From positions 4,406 to 68,405 of the forward strand of contig WVZK01000086.1 of assembly GCA_011772475.1 (NCBI GenBank): DNA of 64,000 bases. Reading direction: 5' to 3'. Positions 60,661 to 64,000 of the stretch are shown one piece after another (position 1 is the first letter of the stretch; each line of letters begins with the position of its first letter). Under the pieces are notes generated by a model. That model ran no database searches and was not told the origin of the DNA. It saw only the letters and a program-made list of their open reading frames with translations. The translations under genes and the position numbers were made by a program. This DNA comes from Candidatus Aminicenantes bacterium (lineage in GTDB: Bacteria > Acidobacteriota > Aminicenantia > Aminicenantales > Aminicenantaceae).

Positions 60661-63435
60661 ATGAAATGTCCTAAATGCAATTACGATAATCCTGAAAGCA
60701 CCAATTTCTGTGGCAATTGCGGAGAGCAGCTTCTTCCGTCCAAGAAAGCCGGAGTGCCTCACACCAAAACTCTCCAAACGCCTCTTAAAGAATTAGCCCG
60801 CGGCGCGGTTTTTGCCGATAGGTACGAGGTTATCGATGAGCTGGGTAAAGGAGGCATGGGCAAAGTCTATAGGGTGTTCGATAAGACGATAAAAGAAGAG
60901 GTCGCCTTAAAACTCATAAATCCAGAAATTGCTAAAGCAGAGAGGACGATAGAGCGTTTCAGTAATGAACTTAAACTTGCCCGCAAGATAGCTCACAGGA
61001 ATGTCTGTCGCATGTTTGACCTTGGTGAAGAAGAAGGAACTCATTACATAACCATGGAATATATTCCTGGGAAAAGCTTGAAGAGCGTGATCGGGATGAT
61101 GGGACAGTTGAGCCCAGCTCAAGTTGTTTTCCTGGCTAAACAAGTTTGTGAGGGATTGGACGAGGCACACAGGTTAGGGGTTGTGCATCGGGATTTGAAG
61201 CCGAGCAACATCATAATCGATAAAGAGGGGAATACTCGCATCATGGATTTTGGCATAGCTCGGTCGATTAAAGAAAAAGGAATAACTGGCGCTGGAGTTA
61301 TGGTCGGAACCCCGGAGTACATGTCACCTGAGCAAGTGGGAGCAGAAGAAGTTGATAGAAGATCTGACATCTATTCGTTGGGAGTCATCATGTACGAGAT
61401 GACAACAGGAAAGCTTCCTTTTGAAGGGGAGACAGCTTTGAGTATTGCCTTGAAGCATAAGACAGAAAAACCTCTTAGCCCCAAGCAGTTCAATTCTCAG
61501 ATCCCAGAAGATTTGGACCGAGTGATCATGAAATGCATAGCGAAGAATAAAGAGAAGAGATATCAGGAGACAAAGGAGCTCCTTGCGGAATTAAGCAAGA
61601 TAAAAGAGGGGATTACTACAGGAGAGAGGATTATCCCCAAGAGAAAGCCGACCACTTCAAAGAAGATAAAAGAGACGTTCAGGCTGCGTTGGATGCTGAT
61701 TGCCGCTGTGTTAATGGCAGTCGTTGCAGCAGGACTTGCTATTTTATATTTCGTAAGCAGAATAACTGCACCTCCTCCTGGGGAAAAGATGCTTGTCGTT
61801 CTGCCGTTTAAGAATCTTGGTCCCCCAGGAGATGAGTATTTCGCCGACGGAATAACAGAGGAAATTACCAGTCGTCTTGCCTCCTTGCAGGGGCTCGGAG
61901 TAATCTCTCGGACAAGCGCAATCCAGTATAAAAATACAGATAAGACAATAAGGCAAATAGGGGATGAATTGGGCATTGATTATGCGCTTGAGGGATCTGT
62001 GCGTTGGGATAGGAGTGCTGGAGGCAAAGGACGAGTGCGGGTAACTCCTCAACTTATCAGGGCTTCCGATGACGCTCACCTCTGGTCAGAGCGTTATGAC
62101 AGGGTATTAGAAGACATATTTTCGGTCCAATCTGAAATTGCAGAGCAAGTCGCCCAGCAATTAGACCTCACGGTGTTGGAACCTGAACGCAGGGCTTTAA
62201 ATGCTGGACCCACTGATAATCTTGAAGCTTATGACTATTATTTGCGCGGATTAGAGCACGAAAGTAGAGGCTGGGCACGCTTGGATAATCAAGAATTTGT
62301 ACAAGCAGTCGAGATGCTTGAAAAAGCGACTGAATTAGATCCTGAATTTGTACTGGCTTATGTCAGGATATCTCGTATCCATTCTAGGATGTATCATTTT
62401 GGCATAGGCCGCACCGAAGAACGCCTGGAAAAATCAAGGGCTGCAGTGGACAGAGCGCTGGAGCTCCAGCCTGATCTGCCCGAAGCGCAACAGGCCCTTG
62501 CGGTTTACTACTACAGGGGATTTCTTGACTATGACCGCGCAGCCGAAATATTTGAATCCCTCCAAAAAGCGCGACCTAACGTCTCACCGTCAATACTCGG
62601 CTACATCCAGAGACGAAAGGGTATGTGGGAGCGGTCGTTGGTAACGCTTGAAAGGGCATTCAGGCTCAACCCGCGTAACCCGCAATTAGCTTATGAGACA
62701 GGATTATCATACATAAGCATGCGCAGATATGATGAAGCTGCAGAGTGGTTCCACCGTGTCCTCTCGATTAATCCAGATCATTTTACAGCTCAACTGGGCA
62801 TCGTTGCAATCCATCTACTCTCAGAAGGAAATATAAAAGAAACGAAAGCCTTGTTGGAAGCCTTGCCCCAGCACCAGCTAAAAGATTACATGCGGTTCAC
62901 TCTTGGCATGCTTGAGCGAAACTTCCAGGAGGTGCTGGACCAACTTGCCTCCTTATCTTATGATTCTTTCGAGGGACAACAATTCTATTTCTTAAAAAAC
63001 CTGACTTACGCTTCAGTGTATCATGCTATGAAAGAGCTTTCGCTTGTGAAGAGCAGGGCTGAGTTAGCGCGCATTGCGCTTGAGAGGGCTGTTAAAGATC
63101 ATCCGGGAGATCCGAGATTCCACGCTTCACTTGGTCTTGCTTATGCTTACTTGGGCCAGAAGAGTGAAGCCATCCAAGAAGGAAATCGTGCAACAGAGCT
63201 TAATCCAGTATCAAAAGATGCTGCCCTTGGTCCTCCTTACATCCTGAATTTAGCCAGGATTTATGTTTTGGTTGGCGAACATGAGGAGGCTCTTAATCTG
63301 ATAGAGTATCTGCTATCTATTCCATCCTCTGAATTTATTTGGCAATTTGTATCTGTTCCGTTACTGCGCCTTGACCCACTCTGGGATCCGCTCCGTGAGA
63401 ATCCAAGGTTTCAGAGCTTGCTGGAAAAGGAATAG
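60661..63435 (+). CDS. Ser/Thr protein kinase: zinc ribbon, kinase, TM, TolB_N/LpoB-like periplasmic domain, TPR repeats
   Basis: [49 protein letters not shown], a TM helix, LVVLPFKNLG...YFADGITEEI, and TPRs. Confidence 0.9.
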   Translation: MKCPKCNYDNPESTNFCGNCGEQLLPSKKAGVPHTKTLQTPLKELARGAVFADRYEVIDELGKGGMGKVYRVFDKTIKEEVALKLINPEIAKAERTIERFSNELKLARKIAHRNVCRMFDLGEEEGTHYITMEYIPGKSLKSVIGMMGQLSPAQVVFLAKQVCEGLDEAHRLGVVHRDLKPSNIIIDKEGNTRIMDFGIARSIKEKGITGAGVMVGTPEYMSPEQVGAEEVDRRSDIYSLGVIMYEMTTGKLPFEGETALSIALKHKTEKPLSPKQFNSQIPEDLDRVIMKCIAKNKEKRYQETKELLAELSKIKEGITTGERIIPKRKPTTSKKIKETFRLRWMLIAAVLMAVVAAGLAILYFVSRITAPPPGEKMLVVLPFKNLGPPGDEYFADGITEEITSRLASLQGLGVISRTSAIQYKNTDKTIRQIGDELGIDYALEGSVRWDRSAGGKGRVRVTPQLIRASDDAHLWSERYDRVLEDIFSVQSEIAEQVAQQLDLTVLEPERRALNAGPTDNLEAYDYYLRGLEHESRGWARLDNQEFVQAVEMLEKATELDPEFVLAYVRISRIHSRMYHFGIGRTEERLEKSRAAVDRALELQPDLPEAQQALAVYYYRGFLDYDRAAEIFESLQKARPNVSPSILGYIQRRKGMWERSLVTLERAFRLNPRNPQLAYETGLSYISMRRYDEAAEWFHRVLSINPDHFTAQLGIVAIHLLSEGNIKETKALLEALPQHQLKDYMRFTLGMLERNFQEVLDQLASLSYDSFEGQQFYFLKNLTYASVYHAMKELSLVKSRAELARIALERAVKDHPGDPRFHASLGLAYAYLGQKSEAIQEGNRATELNPVSKDAALGPPYILNLARIYVLVGEHEEALNLIEYLLSIPSSEFIWQFVSVPLLRLDPLWDPLRENPRFQSLLEKE

Positions 63436-63459
63436 AATAATTGATATTATAAGGGCAAT

Positions 63460-63840
63460 ATGATGGATAAGTTAGGTTATATTAGATTATTTATTGTTTT
63501 TATCTATGCTTTTATAGGATGGACGCTTTGTGGAGCTGTTATGTTTATCGGAATGGCAGTTACGACTGAATTTGTTACACTGATAATTCATGCTATCGCC
63601 GCTCCTATCATTTTTGTCGTAGTAACTTCATTTTACTTCAAAAAATACGATTTCACTACTCCACTGGAGACCGCAGCTTTATTCGTTGCTTTTGTTATAC
63701 TCATGGACTTTTTCATTGTTGCTCTCATCATTAATAGAAGCCTTGCCATGTTTGGAAATGTTTTAGGAACCTGGATTCCGTTCATCCTAATCTTTATCGC
63801 AACCTACTACACGGGCCGACACGAAGAAAAAAAAGACTAA
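63460..63840 (+). CDS. small four-TM membrane protein
   Basis: 126-aa hydrophobic ORF with no recognised motif. Confidence 0.45.
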   Translation: MMDKLGYIRLFIVFIYAFIGWTLCGAVMFIGMAVTTEFVTLIIHAIAAPIIFVVVTSFYFKKYDFTTPLETAALFVAFVILMDFFIVALIINRSLAMFGNVLGTWIPFILIFIATYYTGRHEEKKD

Positions 63841-63859
63841 GTCGCCTATTGGAGAGAAA

Positions 63860-64000
63860 ATGAAAAGAGTCATTTTAGCAGGAATATTTCTTTTCGTTTT
63901 TTGCGCTTCCCTAACCCTCAATGCCCAGTGGGCAAGAACCTACGGAGGGAGTGACTTTGATCGAGCTTTTTTTATCCAGCAGACAAGCGACGGAGGTTAT
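63860..64000 (+). CDS. secreted protein, N-terminal fragment (runs off the window end)
   Basis: GGAGAG RBS. MKRVILAGIFLFVFCASLTLNA signal, then WARTYGGSDFDRAFFIQQTSDGGY, a repeat type common in secreted beta-rich proteins. Confidence 0.5.
   Translation, partial: MKRVILAGIFLFVFCASLTLNAQWARTYGGSDFDRAFFIQQTSDGGY

Noticed and set aside
1-64000. Searched for mobile-element or defence-system hallmarks: integrase, transposase, restriction/helicase/nuclease genes, toxin-antitoxin pairs and cas genes.
   Set aside because: None were recognisable among the ORFs. The only candidate accessory islands are the small-peptide operon and the hypothetical pair at 11258-12187.

Overview
This is a 64-kb, AT-leaning, densely coding bacterial chromosomal fragment with about 55 CDS. 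I recognised no rRNA, tRNA, CRISPR array, transposase or integrase. The content suggests an uncultured peptide-scavenging bacterium. An Acidobacteriota or Aminicenantes-like origin is a weak inference from the duplicated orphan FtsX permease and the peptidase load.

At least 12 peptide-processing hydrolases are present: three S9 peptidases including oligopeptidase B, GGT, an M14 peptidase, an AstE/AspA-type deacylase, HtrA, two tandem C69 dipeptidases, an M28 peptidase, a beta-lactamase-fold hydrolase and an alpha/beta hydrolase. Other recognisable genes are trkA-trkH, a Na/Pi cotransporter with a PhoU-like gene, a class B acid phosphatase, TspO, a CspA-family protein, an RRM RNA-binding protein, an AlkD-like gene, an LVIVD beta-propeller, and a HlyD adaptor with a duplicated FtsX permease. 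Two paralogous Ser/Thr kinases (zinc ribbon, kinase, TM, periplasmic domain, TPR) are also present.

The most unusual item is a minus-strand operon at 5246-6857. It encodes two Sec-signal mini-proteins with a twin Cx6C...Cx6C signature, the spacing seen in glycocin disulfide-stapled hairpins. They are followed by a secreted NHL beta-propeller, with a GT-A glycosyltransferase immediately upstream.

Other notable signals:
- Two dispersed intergenic palindromic repeat families: GTAGGGGYTTGATTYATCAARCCC and AAAATGGGGCCAGGCCCCATTTT.
- A 28-nt identical promoter shared by two phosphate-related loci.
- A shared promoter upstream of two ABM-like paralogs, one with a promoter-proximal terminator and one with a free-standing 32-aa zinc-ribbon ORF.
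- An in-frame TGA (UxxC context) joining two hypothetical ORFs.

All family assignments rest on motifs read by eye. No database searches were run.
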